Shown: positions 8,806 to 18,857 of the stretch, piece after piece | Position numbering within the stretch: position 1 is the first letter of the stretch | Layout: every line of letters begins with the position of its first letter | Source of the DNA: Hyphomicrobiales bacterium | Lineage (GTDB): Bacteria > Pseudomonadota > Alphaproteobacteria > Rhizobiales > JANPGK01 | Direction of reading: 5' to 3' | Length of the DNA: 64,000 nucleotides | Assembly (NCBI GenBank): GCA_031423895.1 | Contig: JANPGK010000004.1 | Coordinates: forward strand, 10,561 to 74,560 | Position numbers and translations under genes: made by a program | The notes under the pieces: generated by a model | Seen by the model: the letters and a program-made list of their open reading frames with translations, nothing else | What the model was told of the DNA's origin: nothing | Database searches by the model: none

Positions 8806-9906
8806 TTACATCAAATCCGCAAACATGCCCTGTATCCCCGCCTCGCTGGCTGCGCAAATGCCGCGTTCGGTGATGAGGCCAGAGATCAGCCGTGCGGGGG
8901 TGACATCAAACCCAGGGTTAGACACCAGCGTATTTGCAGGGTAGGGCTGAACAGTGGCCATTTCGCCTGCAGCTGTGCGGCCTGAAATGGCCAACACTTC
9001 AGCCGCTGCGCGCTCCTCAATGGGGATGGCACGCACGCCTGAAGCCAGCGCAAAGTCAAACGTGGTAGCAGGCAGCGCCACATAAAACGGAATATTATTA
9101 TCGAACGCTGCCAGCGCCTTTAAATAAGTGCCAATTTTATTGGCGGCATCGCCATTGCGCGCCACGCGGTCTGCCCCCACAATTGCCACATCCACCAACC
9201 CTTCCTGCATCAAATGCCCGCCGGCGTTGTCGGTAATCACTTGGTGCGAAATGCCAGCGCGACCCAGCTCCCATGCGGTGAGCGCGCCTTGAAAGCGCGG
9301 GCGGGTTTCATCCACATACACATGAATGGGCAGGCCAAAATGCTGCGCGCCATACATCACCGCCAGCGCCGTGCCCCACGCCATAGTGCCGAGCCACCCC
9401 GCATTGCAATGGGTGAGAATGCGCAATGGCGCGGTGCCGCCCTTTTGCGCGTGCAGCGTTTTCACCAGCTCATAGCCATGTTTTGCAATCGCGGCGCCCG
9501 TTTGAATATCTTCCGCCGCAATAGCGCGGGCTTCCGTCCATGCGGCCGCCGCACGTTCAGAAACAGGCAATGGTGCCAAAATACTATTCATGCGATTTAA
9601 CGCCCAGCGCAAATTCACCGCTGTGGGGCGGGTCTCTGCGAGTTCCGCAATGCTGGCCGTAAGGCTGGCGTCGGATGCGTCCACATCCATTTGCAATGCG
9701 AGGCCAAATGCTGCGGTGATGCCAATGAGCGGTGCGCCGCGCACCTGCATGGCGCGGATGGCCTGCGCCGCAGTGGCCATGTCACGCAATGGCAGCCACA
9801 CCTCTTCAAACGGCAGGCGTGTTTGGTCAAGAAACACCAAGCCACCAGCCTTCTCCATCACGGGGGACCACGGTGGGTTGAAAAAATGCTGCCAGTTCTG
9901 TGTCAT
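8806..9906 (-). CDS. mtnA: S-methyl-5-thioribose-1-phosphate isomerase (eIF-2B alpha/beta/delta family)
   Basis: Shows LVFLDQTRLPFEEVWL..., AIRAMQVRGAPLIGITAAFGL and GADRVARNGDAANKIGTY motifs. Its stop codon abuts the chvG stop (TGATTA). Confidence 0.85.
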   Translation of the reverse strand: MTQNWQHFFNPPWSPVMEKAGGLVFLDQTRLPFEEVWLPLRDMATAAQAIRAMQVRGAPLIGITAAFGLALQMDVDASDASLTASIAELAETRPTAVNLRWALNRMNSILAPLPVSERAAAAWTEARAIAAEDIQTGAAIAKHGYELVKTLHAQKGGTAPLRILTHCNAGWLGTMAWGTALAVMYGAQHFGLPIHVYVDETRPRFQGALTAWELGRAGISHQVITDNAGGHLMQEGLVDVAIVGADRVARNGDAANKIGTYLKALAAFDNNIPFYVALPATTFDFALASGVRAIPIEERAAAEVLAISGRTAAGEMATVQPYPANTLVSNPGFDVTPARLISGLITERGICAASEAGIQGMFADLM

Positions 9907-10039
9907 GGTGTGCTCGTAGAATTTAACGCAAATCTGCGTAATTTTGCAAAAAAAAGCTATTGCATGCCATATATTTTTGTGAAAGTATTTTTTAAGAATT
10001 TATCTTAATCACAGATTGATAATAGAAGGAGACATTACT

Positions 10040-10579
10040 ATGACAGCATATACCTCAGCCGTGCATCATAAACTCGAAAATATTTACAATTCAATTTTAC
10101 GACATCAAGCCTATTCATTATTTCCCCAAGAAGAACAAGCGGCCTTGTTTAAATGCAATGGTCAAAAAAATCATGTAAACATGTCTTTGGAATTGTTAAA
10201 AAATGATGTAGATAAATTACAATATCCCGTTGCATGGGGCCCCAAAACATATATGAGTGCTCAACAGCTCATGCCCGATATACTGAAGCTTTCCCCTACA
10301 GTTGTTGGATTGAAAGATCAAGCTTTGCAGAAGCTAGTGCTAGATAAAATGTCGGATGATGAGCGACGCATGGATTTTTGTAAAAAGATGTTAGACAATT
10401 TGAATGAAAAGATTGCCGCGCTGCAAATCAGCAAAAATGAAATTATCAGTAAGGCATTCAAGGGTTTGAAACCCTTCACACATTATGCGGCAGCCGCGGC
10501 GTTGCTTGTTGCTGCTGTTACAGGCTTCTTTGCCGTGCGTGGTTCTGGTGCGCCATTTGAAGGCAATCGAACAGCCTAA
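10040..10579 (+). CDS. Hypothetical protein, low-GC orphan with a C-terminal hydrophobic anchor
   Basis: Start ATG 10040 has GGAG 10 nt upstream. I recognise no family. The C-terminus is ..FKGLKPFTHYAAAAALLVAAVTGFFAV followed by a short tail. The gene is visibly more AT-rich than its neighbours. Confidence 0.5.
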   Translation: MTAYTSAVHHKLENIYNSILRHQAYSLFPQEEQAALFKCNGQKNHVNMSLELLKNDVDKLQYPVAWGPKTYMSAQQLMPDILKLSPTVVGLKDQALQKLVLDKMSDDERRMDFCKKMLDNLNEKIAALQISKNEIISKAFKGLKPFTHYAAAAALLVAAVTGFFAVRGSGAPFEGNRTA

Positions 10580-10676
10580 CTGAAAAAATTAGCATACAAG
10601 GCAATCTCATTATTCATGATGGGATTGCCACCACGCCCGCGCTGCGCTATGGCTTGTCTCAAGAATAGGGCATCCC

Positions 10677-11885
10677 ATGACACTCAAAAATTCTTTTCGA
10701 GCAGACCCCAATGAACATGGCTTTTTCGGCAAATTTGGTGGGCAATTTGTAGCCGAAACGCTCATGCCGCTCATTCAAGAGCTCACTGCTGCTTACACCC
10801 ACGCGCGGCAAGACCCTGCCTTCAAAGCGCAATTGACAGAATTAAACAGCACTTATGCAGGGCGCCCAAGTGTTCTGACCTATGCGGAACGGCTCACTCA
10901 GCATTTGGGGGGCGCAAAAATTTATCTCAAGCGCGATGAGCTGAACCATACGGGCTCGCATAAAATCAATAACTGCTTGGGGCAAATTTTGCTGGCAATG
11001 CGCATGGGGAAAACCCGTATTATTGCCGAAACAGGCGCGGGGCAGCACGGCGTGGCGGTGGCCACTGTGTGTGCGCGCTTTGGCCTGCCCTGCGTGGTGT
11101 ATATGGGCGCGAAGGACGTGGAACGCCAGAAGCCGAACGTGTTTCGTATGCGGCTATTAGGCGCGCAAATTGTGCCTGTCACCGCTGGCAATGGCACACT
11201 CAAAGATGCAATGAACGAAGCCTTGCGCGATTGGGTCACCAATGTTGAAGACACCTATTATTTGATTGGCACCGCCGCTGGCCCGCACCCCTACCCCATG
11301 ATGGTGCGCGATTTTCAATCGGTCATCGGCATTGAAGCAAAGGCACAATTGCAAGCGGTGGAAGGCAAGTTGCCCGATGCGTTGGTGGCGTGTATTGGCG
11401 GCGGCTCCAATGCCATCGGTTTGTTCCACGCATTTTTAGATGACCCATCCGTGAAAATTTATGGCGTGGAAGCGGGCGGGCATGGGGTGGATACGCCCGA
11501 ACATGCAGCCTCGCTTTCAGGCGGCTCCCCTGGTGTTTTGCACGGCAATCGCACCTATTTATTGCAAGATGCTGATGGCCAAATTGAAGAAGGCCATTCC
11601 ATCTCTGCAGGGCTCGATTACCCTGGTGTTGGCCCAGAACACTCCTTTTTGAAGGACGCAGGCCGCGTGAATTATGTGTCGATCACCGACATCGAGGCGC
11701 TAGAGGCGTTTCAACTGTGCGCACGTTTGGAGGGCATTTTGCCCGCGCTCGAGCCAGCACATGCATTGGCCTATGTCACCAAACTGGCCCCCACCATGGA
11801 TGCCGATGAAATTTTGCTGATGAACCTATGCGGCAGAGGTGATAAAGATATTTTCACAATTGCCGAACATTTGGATGGAATTTGA
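10677..11885 (+). CDS. trpB: Tryptophan synthase beta chain
   Basis: Contains the PLP-site motif [11 protein letters not shown] and family-wide similarity ([19 protein letters not shown]). Confidence 0.95.
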   Translation: MTLKNSFRADPNEHGFFGKFGGQFVAETLMPLIQELTAAYTHARQDPAFKAQLTELNSTYAGRPSVLTYAERLTQHLGGAKIYLKRDELNHTGSHKINNCLGQILLAMRMGKTRIIAETGAGQHGVAVATVCARFGLPCVVYMGAKDVERQKPNVFRMRLLGAQIVPVTAGNGTLKDAMNEALRDWVTNVEDTYYLIGTAAGPHPYPMMVRDFQSVIGIEAKAQLQAVEGKLPDALVACIGGGSNAIGLFHAFLDDPSVKIYGVEAGGHGVDTPEHAASLSGGSPGVLHGNRTYLLQDADGQIEEGHSISAGLDYPGVGPEHSFLKDAGRVNYVSITDIEALEAFQLCARLEGILPALEPAHALAYVTKLAPTMDADEILLMNLCGRGDKDIFTIAEHLDGI

Positions 11886-11886
11886 T

Positions 11887-12699
11887 ATGACCCGTCTCGA
11901 ATCCAAATTTGCCACCCTTAAAGCCGCTGGTAAAACAGCGCTGGTGACCTTCATTTCAGCGGGGGACCCCGATTTGGCCACAAGCCAAGCGATTTTGAAT
12001 GGTTTGCCTGCTGCGGGGGCCGATATTATCGAGCTTGGTATGCCATTTTCCGACCCGATGGCGGAAGGCCCACCGATCCAAAAATCATCGCAGCGCGCCT
12101 TGCTTTCGGGTCAAAACATGCACAAAACGCTGGATATGGTGAAGGCGTTTCGCGCCACCAACAGCGACACCCCCATTATTTTGATGGGCTATTACAACCC
12201 GATTTATGTGTATGGTGTGGATGCGTTCATTCAGGATGCCAAAGCTGCGGGTGTTGATGGGCTGATTGTGGTGGATTTGCCGCCTGAAATGGATGATGAG
12301 CTGTGCATTCCCGCCACGCGGCAAGGGCTGCATTTCATTCGATTGGTAACGCCAACATGTGATGACGCGCGCCTGCAGCTGATTCTTACTCATGCCTCTG
12401 GTTTCCTTTATTATGTGTCGATCACGGGCATCACGGGCACGCAAACGCCTGATTTTGCGAAAGTGGCCAAGGCGCTTGAGCCTATTCGTGCCGCTACACA
12501 ATTGCCAATTGCGGTGGGTTTTGGCGTGAAAACCGCAGCCGATGCGGCGCAAATCTCTAAATTTGCTGATGCGGTGGTGGTGGGCAGTGCGCTGGTCACC
12601 GCCATTGAAAAATCACTTGATGCACAGGGACGTGCCACCCCAGCCACAATAAATGCTGTTCTTGCGCATGTTTCTGAGTTAAAGAAGGGCATGGAGTAA
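11887..12699 (+). CDS. trpA: Tryptophan synthase alpha chain
   Basis: The start ATG is 1 nt after the trpB stop. Motifs: [41 protein letters not shown]. Confidence 0.9.
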   Translation: MTRLESKFATLKAAGKTALVTFISAGDPDLATSQAILNGLPAAGADIIELGMPFSDPMAEGPPIQKSSQRALLSGQNMHKTLDMVKAFRATNSDTPIILMGYYNPIYVYGVDAFIQDAKAAGVDGLIVVDLPPEMDDELCIPATRQGLHFIRLVTPTCDDARLQLILTHASGFLYYVSITGITGTQTPDFAKVAKALEPIRAATQLPIAVGFGVKTAADAAQISKFADAVVVGSALVTAIEKSLDAQGRATPATINAVLAHVSELKKGME

Positions 12700-12735
12700 T
12701 GTTCCACGAATTAACGAGACAGCGCTCTTTATTTC

Positions 12736-12803
12736 GTCATCCTCGGGCTTGACCCGAGGATCTACTTAAAGTGGATGGTCGGATCAAGCCCGACTATGAC
12801 GGC
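12736..12803. repeat. Family-C repeat, copy 1 (intergenic between trpA and accD)
   Basis: Sequence GTCATCCTCGGGCTTGACCCGAGGATCTACTTAAA..GATGGTCGGATCAAGCCCGAC. A longer inverted copy is at 44698..44786. It shares the GTCATCCT terminus with family A. Confidence 0.7.
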
Positions 12804-12829
12804 TGTAGTGGCGCATAAAGGAGACACAT

Positions 12830-13735
12830 ATGAGCTGGATCGACGATGTCGTACGCCCCAAGATCAAATCGATCTTTAACAAGAAAGATACGCCCGAAAA
12901 CCTGTGGGTGAAATGCCCCGAAACAGGCGAAATGGTGTTCATCAAAGATTTGGAAGCCAACCAATATGTTGTGCCCAGTTCTGGCGCGCATATGCGGATT
13001 TCGTCCACCGCGCGGTTGCGGCATTTTTTCGACCATAGCCATTATACCGCGCTGCCGCTGCCAAGCGTGGTGGCTGACCCGCTGAAATTCCGCGATGAAA
13101 AAAAATATGTGGATCGCATTAAGGATGCCCGCACCAAAACAGGCCTGCAAGACGCTGTGCAAGTGGCCACTGGTAATTTAGAAGGCAACCCCGTGACAGT
13201 GGCCGTGCAAGACTTCGCCTTTATGGGCGGCTCGCTGGGCATGGCGGCAGGTGAAGCCATTATTATGGGTGCAGAAACTGCGCTGCGCACCAAAACACCC
13301 TATATTTTATTCGCAGGTTCTGGCGGCGCGCGCATGCAGGAGGGCATTTTGTCGCTCATGCAACTGCCGCGCACCACGGTGGCGTTGCAAGCGCTTAAGG
13401 ACGCAAAATTGCCCTATATTGTGGTGCTCACCCACCCCACTACGGGCGGTGTGACGGCCTCCTACGCCATGCTGGGCGATGTGCATTTGGCAGAGCCAAA
13501 AGCGCTGATTTGCTTTGCAGGCCCGCGCGTGATTGAGCAAACCATCCGCGAGAAATTGCCAGAAGGCTTCCAAAAAGCGGAATATCTTCGTGATCATGGC
13601 ATGGTGGATGCGGTGGTGCATCGCCTTGAGCTGCGCCCCACCATTGCGCGCCTGTGCCGCATGATGATGAACCAACCTGCCACCGCGCATAATGCTAATC
13701 AAGCCTTGCTGCCCATGGCCAAAGCGGCTGAGTGA
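12830..13735 (+). CDS. accD: Acetyl-CoA carboxylase carboxyltransferase beta subunit
   Basis: AAGGAG RBS upstream of the start. Shows the N-terminal Zn-ribbon-like region and the FAFMGGSMG-type motif ([14 protein letters not shown]). Confidence 0.9.
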   Translation: MSWIDDVVRPKIKSIFNKKDTPENLWVKCPETGEMVFIKDLEANQYVVPSSGAHMRISSTARLRHFFDHSHYTALPLPSVVADPLKFRDEKKYVDRIKDARTKTGLQDAVQVATGNLEGNPVTVAVQDFAFMGGSLGMAAGEAIIMGAETALRTKTPYILFAGSGGARMQEGILSLMQLPRTTVALQALKDAKLPYIVVLTHPTTGGVTASYAMLGDVHLAEPKALICFAGPRVIEQTIREKLPEGFQKAEYLRDHGMVDAVVHRLELRPTIARLCRMMMNQPATAHNANQALLPMAKAAE

Positions 13736-13741
13736 TGCCGC

Positions 13742-15040
13742 ATGGTTCAATCCATAAACACCAAAATCGAAGCCTTAACGGCCAACCATCCGCGTGTGAT
13801 TGATCTGTCACTGGCGCGTATGGAGGGGGCGCTTGCGGCTGTGGGCAGCCCACATCTGCAGTTGCCGCCTACCATTCATATTGCGGGCACCAATGGCAAA
13901 GGCTCGACCGCAGCCTATGCGCGGGCGATGCTTGAGGCGGCCGGCCAGCGCGTGCATGTGTATACCTCGCCGCATCTTGTGCGCTATAATGAGCGGATTC
14001 GCTTGGCGGGCACGCTGGTGGATGATGAAACGCTGCTGGCCACGCTGCAGGAAGCCATGGAAACATGCACCGCCATTCCGCTCACCATTTTTGAGCTGCT
14101 CACGCTGGTGGGCTTCATGCTGTTTGCGCGCACGCCAGCTGATGTGTTGCTGTTAGAGGTGGGGCTTGGCGGGCGGCTGGATGCCACTAATGTGATCACC
14201 CCAAAAGTGAGCGTGATCACAGCGGTTTCCATTGATCATGTTCAATTTTTAGGCGAAACCCTCGGCGAAATTGCGCAAGAAAAAGCAGGCATTATCAAGC
14301 CCAAAATTCCTGTGGTTGTGGGGCGGCAAGAAGAGGATGTGATGGCGGTGATCGAGCGGATTGCGGCGCGTAACAAAGCCCCGCTGTTGCGCTTGGGTGA
14401 TGAATTTGGCGCGGGTATTGAGGAGAATCGCTTTGTGTATCAAACCGACACCATGCTGCTGGATTGCGCCTCGCCCAAACTGCTGGGGCTGCATCAGGTC
14501 GACAATGCGGGCTGCGCCATTGCTGCGGTGAACGTGTTAATGGAAGATGCGCTCACCAATGCACAGATTGAGCACGGCCTCACCCATGTGCAATGGCCAG
14601 CGCGGATGCAGCGCCTGAAAACCGGCCATTTAGTTGATAAATTCCCCAAAGGCGCCGAAATTTGGCTTGATGGTGGGCATAATCCCGCTGCTGGTGAGGT
14701 GTTGGCGGCTGTGCTGGCCGATCTGGACGAGCGCAATTCCAAGCCCATCATTCTCATTGTGGGGATGCTCACCACCAAAGACCCAAGCGGCTTTTTCGAG
14801 GCCTTTGAGGGGCTGGTGCAGCAGGTCTATACTGTGGCGATTCCCAATGCGCCTGCCGCATTTGAGGCGCTGGAACTGGCAGAATGTGCGCAATATGCGG
14901 GCGTGCGCGCTGCGGCCATGCCAAGCTTTGCTCAAGCGGTGCTGGCAGCCGCCCAAACCCAAAATGCGCGGGTGGTGATCTGCGGTTCGCTCTATTTGGC
15001 GGGCTATGTGCTGGCGGAAAACGGCACGAGTATTCTATAA
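13742..15040 (+). CDS. folC: Bifunctional folylpolyglutamate synthase / dihydrofolate synthase
   Basis: P-loop IHIAGTNGKGST and Mur-ligase-like organisation. It completes the conserved trpBA-accD-folC synteny. Confidence 0.9.
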   Translation: MVQSINTKIEALTANHPRVIDLSLARMEGALAAVGSPHLQLPPTIHIAGTNGKGSTAAYARAMLEAAGQRVHVYTSPHLVRYNERIRLAGTLVDDETLLATLQEAMETCTAIPLTIFELLTLVGFMLFARTPADVLLLEVGLGGRLDATNVITPKVSVITAVSIDHVQFLGETLGEIAQEKAGIIKPKIPVVVGRQEEDVMAVIERIAARNKAPLLRLGDEFGAGIEENRFVYQTDTMLLDCASPKLLGLHQVDNAGCAIAAVNVLMEDALTNAQIEHGLTHVQWPARMQRLKTGHLVDKFPKGAEIWLDGGHNPAAGEVLAAVLADLDERNSKPIILIVGMLTTKDPSGFFEAFEGLVQQVYTVAIPNAPAAFEALELAECAQYAGVRAAAMPSFAQAVLAAAQTQNARVVICGSLYLAGYVLAENGTSIL

Positions 15041-15244
15041 ATGGCTTATTTTAATACATTTATACGCCTAAAGTTGAATTGATTTTAAGCAGTTTCAAAT
15101 AATATTTAATAAATCTGTGCTATAGTGCACAGGCTGAACTTGCGGCATCTGTGAAATTGCGGCACAATCATGCTGCTGCGGCGAAACAGCTCACATAGCA
15201 TTAACTCGTAACTGGTTATGCAATAAGGAAAATTAGGGTATTGT

Positions 15245-15925
15245 ATGAGCGAATCACACCACATTGTTATTGTTGACGATCATCCACTGTTTCGTGGGGC
15301 CATGCGCGCGGCGCTGGATGGGTTAGAGGCAACGCCTTCGCGGATTGATGAAGCAGGCTCATTGGAAGATGTTCTGCGGTTATTAAATTCCCTCACCGAT
15401 TGCGACCTCATTTTGCTCGATTTGAACATGCCGGGTGTGCGTGGATTTTCAGGCCTCATGGTGCTGCGCGCACAATTCCCCACCATTCCTGTGGTGATTG
15501 TGTCGGCCACTGAAGATGCTTCGGTTGTGCGTCGCGCGCTGAGCTTTGGTGCTTCGGGCTTTATTCCTAAATCGCTTAAGGGTGAAGAAATTCGCGCTGC
15601 TGTGCGTGCGGTGCTAGAAGGTGAAACCTGGGCGCCTGTGCATTTGCTGACCACCACGAATGACGACCCCGAAATTCTCGACATCACCAAAAAATTGGCC
15701 AATCTCACACCGCAACAATTGCGGGTGCTCACAATGATGCGTGAAGGCATGCTGAATAAGCAAATTGCCTATGAGCTAAATGTGTCTGAAGCAACAGTAA
15801 AAGCCCACGTCTCGGCCATTTTGCAAAAGCTTGGTGTGGATAGCCGCACCCAAGCCGTGATTATTGTTGCCAAACTCGATGCCTTGCCGGGTGTGAATGA
15901 CCAGGGTAAAGACAGTTTTTATTGA
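15245..15925 (+). CDS. NarL/FixJ-type response regulator (receiver plus LuxR HTH)
   Basis: Canonical receiver residues (VDDHPLF, LILLDLNMPG, ...KS) and a C-terminal LuxR HTH (LTPQQLRVLTMMREGMLNKQIAYELNVSEATVKAHVSAILQKLGV). Confidence 0.85.
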   Translation: MSESHHIVIVDDHPLFRGAMRAALDGLEATPSRIDEAGSLEDVLRLLNSLTDCDLILLDLNMPGVRGFSGLMVLRAQFPTIPVVIVSATEDASVVRRALSFGASGFIPKSLKGEEIRAAVRAVLEGETWAPVHLLTTTNDDPEILDITKKLANLTPQQLRVLTMMREGMLNKQIAYELNVSEATVKAHVSAILQKLGVDSRTQAVIIVAKLDALPGVNDQGKDSFY

Positions 15926-15946
15926 TGTGTACCAAGGGTTGAATTG

Positions 15947-15975
15947 TAAAAAAGCCTCCGCAAGGGGGCTTTTTT
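15947..15975. terminator. Bidirectional rho-independent terminator between convergent genes
   Basis: Sequence AAAAAA-GCCTCC-GCAA-GGGGGC-TTTTTT: a GC-rich stem with a GNRA loop, flanked by an A-run and a T-run. Confidence 0.7.
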
Positions 15976-15984
15976 CGTGCAGTG

Positions 15985-16476
15985 TTACGCAGTTGGTAAT
16001 TTATAATATTCTGGCGCAGGGTCTTCATACCCAAATGGGGGCAAGCGACCAACTAATCCATTGCGAATAGACTCTGGTCGATTGGCTGTCATCACAATAC
16101 CCGCTTCAGCGGCATGGTAATGCTGGGCAAATGTGAGAATATCATCTGCATCTCTGGTGGGGTTCAAGCTCGAAACAAGATATTGAAATTTATCGGGCGA
16201 TTGAAACGCAACGCTTGCAGGGTGTTTGCATTGCGATAAGCAATTGATTGAACGCACCTCGATATTATCGAGCGGTGTTGCCGTTAATTTTGCCTCAAGC
16301 GTGCGCATGAGTTGCGCACCTTGCGTGGTGTGATCTACAGGCAGGTCTTTGTGCGCGCGGCAGCTGCGACACACATAAATAATGGTATTTTGAGGCGTTT
16401 TATTTTCATTGCTCATCGCGTTGTTGTGCGGCGCACACAGCATGAATGCAAGCACAAATATGCGCACAGCTTGCAA
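15985..16476 (-). CDS. DUF1636-like putative metal-binding (thioredoxin-like ferredoxin fold) protein
   Basis: The Cys pattern CRSC...CLSQC and the overall layout recall DUF1636. The true start may be the internal Met at 16416 (MSNENK...). Confidence 0.5.
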   Translation of the reverse strand: MQAVRIFVLAFMLCAPHNNAMSNENKTPQNTIIYVCRSCRAHKDLPVDHTTQGAQLMRTLEAKLTATPLDNIEVRSINCLSQCKHPASVAFQSPDKFQYLVSSLNPTRDADDILTFAQHYHAAEAGIVMTANRPESIRNGLVGRLPPFGYEDPAPEYYKLPTA

Positions 16477-16537
16477 TATAGGTGCAATCGTCTAAATAGA
16501 TGTATGGGCACCCCTTTTCTGTGGGCATTGAGCGTGT

Positions 16538-17758
16538 ATGGAAATGGCGAAGACAATCTTGTTCCTGTGTAACGACCTTAGCTATTTCGCGGCACATCGC
16601 AACCATGTGAAGCGCTATGTGGGCACGCTTGGTTGGCATGTGAATATTGCGGCCGATGCAGGCGCAATGCCACCCAAATTATGGCCACAGAATTTCTATC
16701 CCATTTCTATCGTGCGGCGGTCGTTGTCGTCCCTCAAGGATGCGCGCGCCATGTTCAAAATTTGGCAGCTGCTGCGCGATTTAAAGCCTGATATTGTGCA
16801 TGCCATCACCATAAAGCCTGTGTTGATGGTCGGGTTTTTGATGCTGTTGCGAGTTATTTTATGCCGGCCTTCCATCCCCGCTGTCCTCACATTCCCTGGC
16901 TTGGGAGAGGTGTTTCGGCCTGTCCATTGCGAGCCTTCATTCATGGTAATGCTCAAACGCCGCGTGAGAAAATCATTGGTGAAAATGGCTTATCGGATGT
17001 TGGCACGGCTACCCAACTGCATCATGACCTTTGAAAATAAGGAGGATTGCGCCTATGCCATCCGCGAATTTGGCGTGCCGGCGCATCGTGCTGTGGCCAT
17101 TCATGGGGCCGGGGTAGATGTTGAAGAATTTCATGCAGAGCGATCTTTCGCTCCAGCGCTTCCACTGCGCATTGTGTTTGCAGCGCGCTTGTTGCGTTCA
17201 AAAGGGATTTTTGATTTTCTTGATGCGGTGAAGCTGGCGCGCGGGCAGGGAGCGCAATTTACTGCGCAGGTTGCGGGCATTCCCGACCATGGTAACCCCG
17301 ACAGTATCAGCCAATTGGAAATTGAAGCCATTAGTCGCACTGGTATGCTAGAATATTTGGGGTTTATCGACGACATGGCGCAATTATTGCGTGAAACCGA
17401 TATTGTGGTGCTGCCCACTTCATACCGCGAGGGGCTGCCCCGTGTGTTGATTGAGGCCGCAGCGGCTGGGTGCGCATTGTTGGCGTATAATACATCGGGC
17501 ATTGCCGATATTGTGAAACATGGCAGCAATGGCTATGTGGTGCAAACGGGCAATATTGCCGAGCTTGCCAAGCGCATGGTGCAATTGGTTGAGGCGCCCG
17601 CGCGCGTTCATAAAATGCAAAAAGCATCGCTCAAACTCATCCAAAATGGGCATTTTTCTGAACGTGCTGTGCAGAAACAATTTTTGAATGTGTATGAAAC
17701 GGCGTTTACGTTGAATCAGGCTGCCAGCCCCAAATCCAGTCCATTCGGCGGCGAATAA
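16538..17758 (+). CDS. Glycosyltransferase, GT4 (GT-B fold) family
   Basis: C-terminal EX7E-type region (PTSYREGLPRVLIEAAAAGCALLAYNTSGIADIVKHGSNGYVV). Confidence 0.8.
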   Translation: MEMAKTILFLCNDLSYFAAHRNHVKRYVGTLGWHVNIAADAGAMPPKLWPQNFYPISIVRRSLSSLKDARAMFKIWQLLRDLKPDIVHAITIKPVLMVGFLMLLRVILCRPSIPAVLTFPGLGEVFRPVHCEPSFMVMLKRRVRKSLVKMAYRMLARLPNCIMTFENKEDCAYAIREFGVPAHRAVAIHGAGVDVEEFHAERSFAPALPLRIVFAARLLRSKGIFDFLDAVKLARGQGAQFTAQVAGIPDHGNPDSISQLEIEAISRTGMLEYLGFIDDMAQLLRETDIVVLPTSYREGLPRVLIEAAAAGCALLAYNTSGIADIVKHGSNGYVVQTGNIAELAKRMVQLVEAPARVHKMQKASLKLIQNGHFSERAVQKQFLNVYETAFTLNQAASPKSSPFGGE

Positions 17759-18836
17759 TACCAGAACCTGAATATTTAATGATCAGATTGCGGATATGCG
17801 CAATCACCCCAGTTTGGTGATACACAACGCCATTATGGGCGGAGAGATCTTGCACGGCTTCTGTGCGCGGTTTTCGTGCCTGCTCAAACGCTTTAAAGGC
17901 GTCGATGAATGCATCCACTGAATTGGCGTTTTTGCATAATGACACCAAAGCGGCGGCATCTTCCAGTGCCATGCCCGCGCCTTGTGCAGCAAATGGCACC
18001 ATGGCATGGGCGGCGTCGCCCATAATCACAATTGGGCCTTCGCACCACGTTTTAAGCGGGGGCACGGTGGTGAGTGGCCAATAGGTCCATTTGGTGTTAT
18101 GCGCGAGAAACGCATTCAATTGTGCATGCGTAGCTGAGTGCGTGGGGGCATGCGCAGGCAGTGCAGGGGCGTGTTCAACCCATACAATATTGCGCATATT
18201 GTGCGCAATGAGCGGGTAGCTCACTACATGAGACTCTGGTGTTAAGTGTACATCCACCGTGTGATGCTGTGCGGGCAATAATGGCGCAAGACCACGCCAG
18301 GCAACTAGGCCCGTAGGTTGTGCCTCAACGCCAAATACAGTGCGTCGCATGGCAGAATTCACACCATCGGCACCAATAGCGGCGATGGCATGAATGGCTT
18401 CACCATTTTCAAACTGTGCCTCTACGCCAAATTCATTATGGGCAATTTTGGTCAGTTTATGCCCAAGTTTAAGCTCGATTAAGTCGTATTTTAATGCTTT
18501 TTCCAGCAAGGCAATTTGTAAATCTGCACGATGCAGCGCCCAAAATGGGGCATTATAATGGGCAGCCAGCGTGCGAATGTCTAAATATTGCAGCAGGCCG
18601 TGCCCATTGAACATCTGCACATAATCAATGCGGCTGGCGCGTGGCGCAACGATGTGTTCTAACCCCAAAGCCCGCAATGCATGCACCGCATTTGGGGAGA
18701 GCTGCAAGCCTGCGCCCACTTCAGAAAGCGCCTGAGCCTGCTCAGCAATTGTCACCTTATAACCCGCCTTTGCCAAGCCTATGGCTGTGGCCAAACCGCC
18801 GATACCCGCGCCAATAATTAAAATTCCATGTGGCAT
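17706..18836 (-). CDS. FAD-dependent aromatic-ring monooxygenase (salicylate hydroxylase/UbiH-like)
   Basis: N-terminal Rossmann motif ILIIGAGIGGLATAIGLAKAG and a late GDAAH motif (IMGDAAHAMVPFAAQGAGMALEDA). The 3' end overlaps the convergent GT gene by 53 nt. Confidence 0.8.
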   Translation of the reverse strand: MPHGILIIGAGIGGLATAIGLAKAGYKVTIAEQAQALSEVGAGLQLSPNAVHALRALGLEHIVAPRASRIDYVQMFNGHGLLQYLDIRTLAAHYNAPFWALHRADLQIALLEKALKYDLIELKLGHKLTKIAHNEFGVEAQFENGEAIHAIAAIGADGVNSAMRRTVFGVEAQPTGLVAWRGLAPLLPAQHHTVDVHLTPESHVVSYPLIAHNMRNIVWVEHAPALPAHAPTHSATHAQLNAFLAHNTKWTYWPLTTVPPLKTWCEGPIVIMGDAAHAMVPFAAQGAGMALEDAAALVSLCKNANSVDAFIDAFKAFEQARKPRTEAVQDLSAHNGVVYHQTGVIAHIRNLIIKYSGSGIIRRRMDWIWGWQPDST

Positions 18837-18857
18837 TGTGTGTCCTCAAGATGATTT

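Noticed and set aside
8803-8808. Zero-gap convergent stop codons (chvG/mtnA TGATTA, and likewise leuC/chvI TGATCA at 55879..55884), and the 53-nt 3' overlap of the GT and monooxygenase genes (17706..17758).
   Set aside because: This is unusual packing with no room for terminators, but it is explicable by compact genome organisation or slightly misjudged 3' ends. I see no specific signal to pursue.
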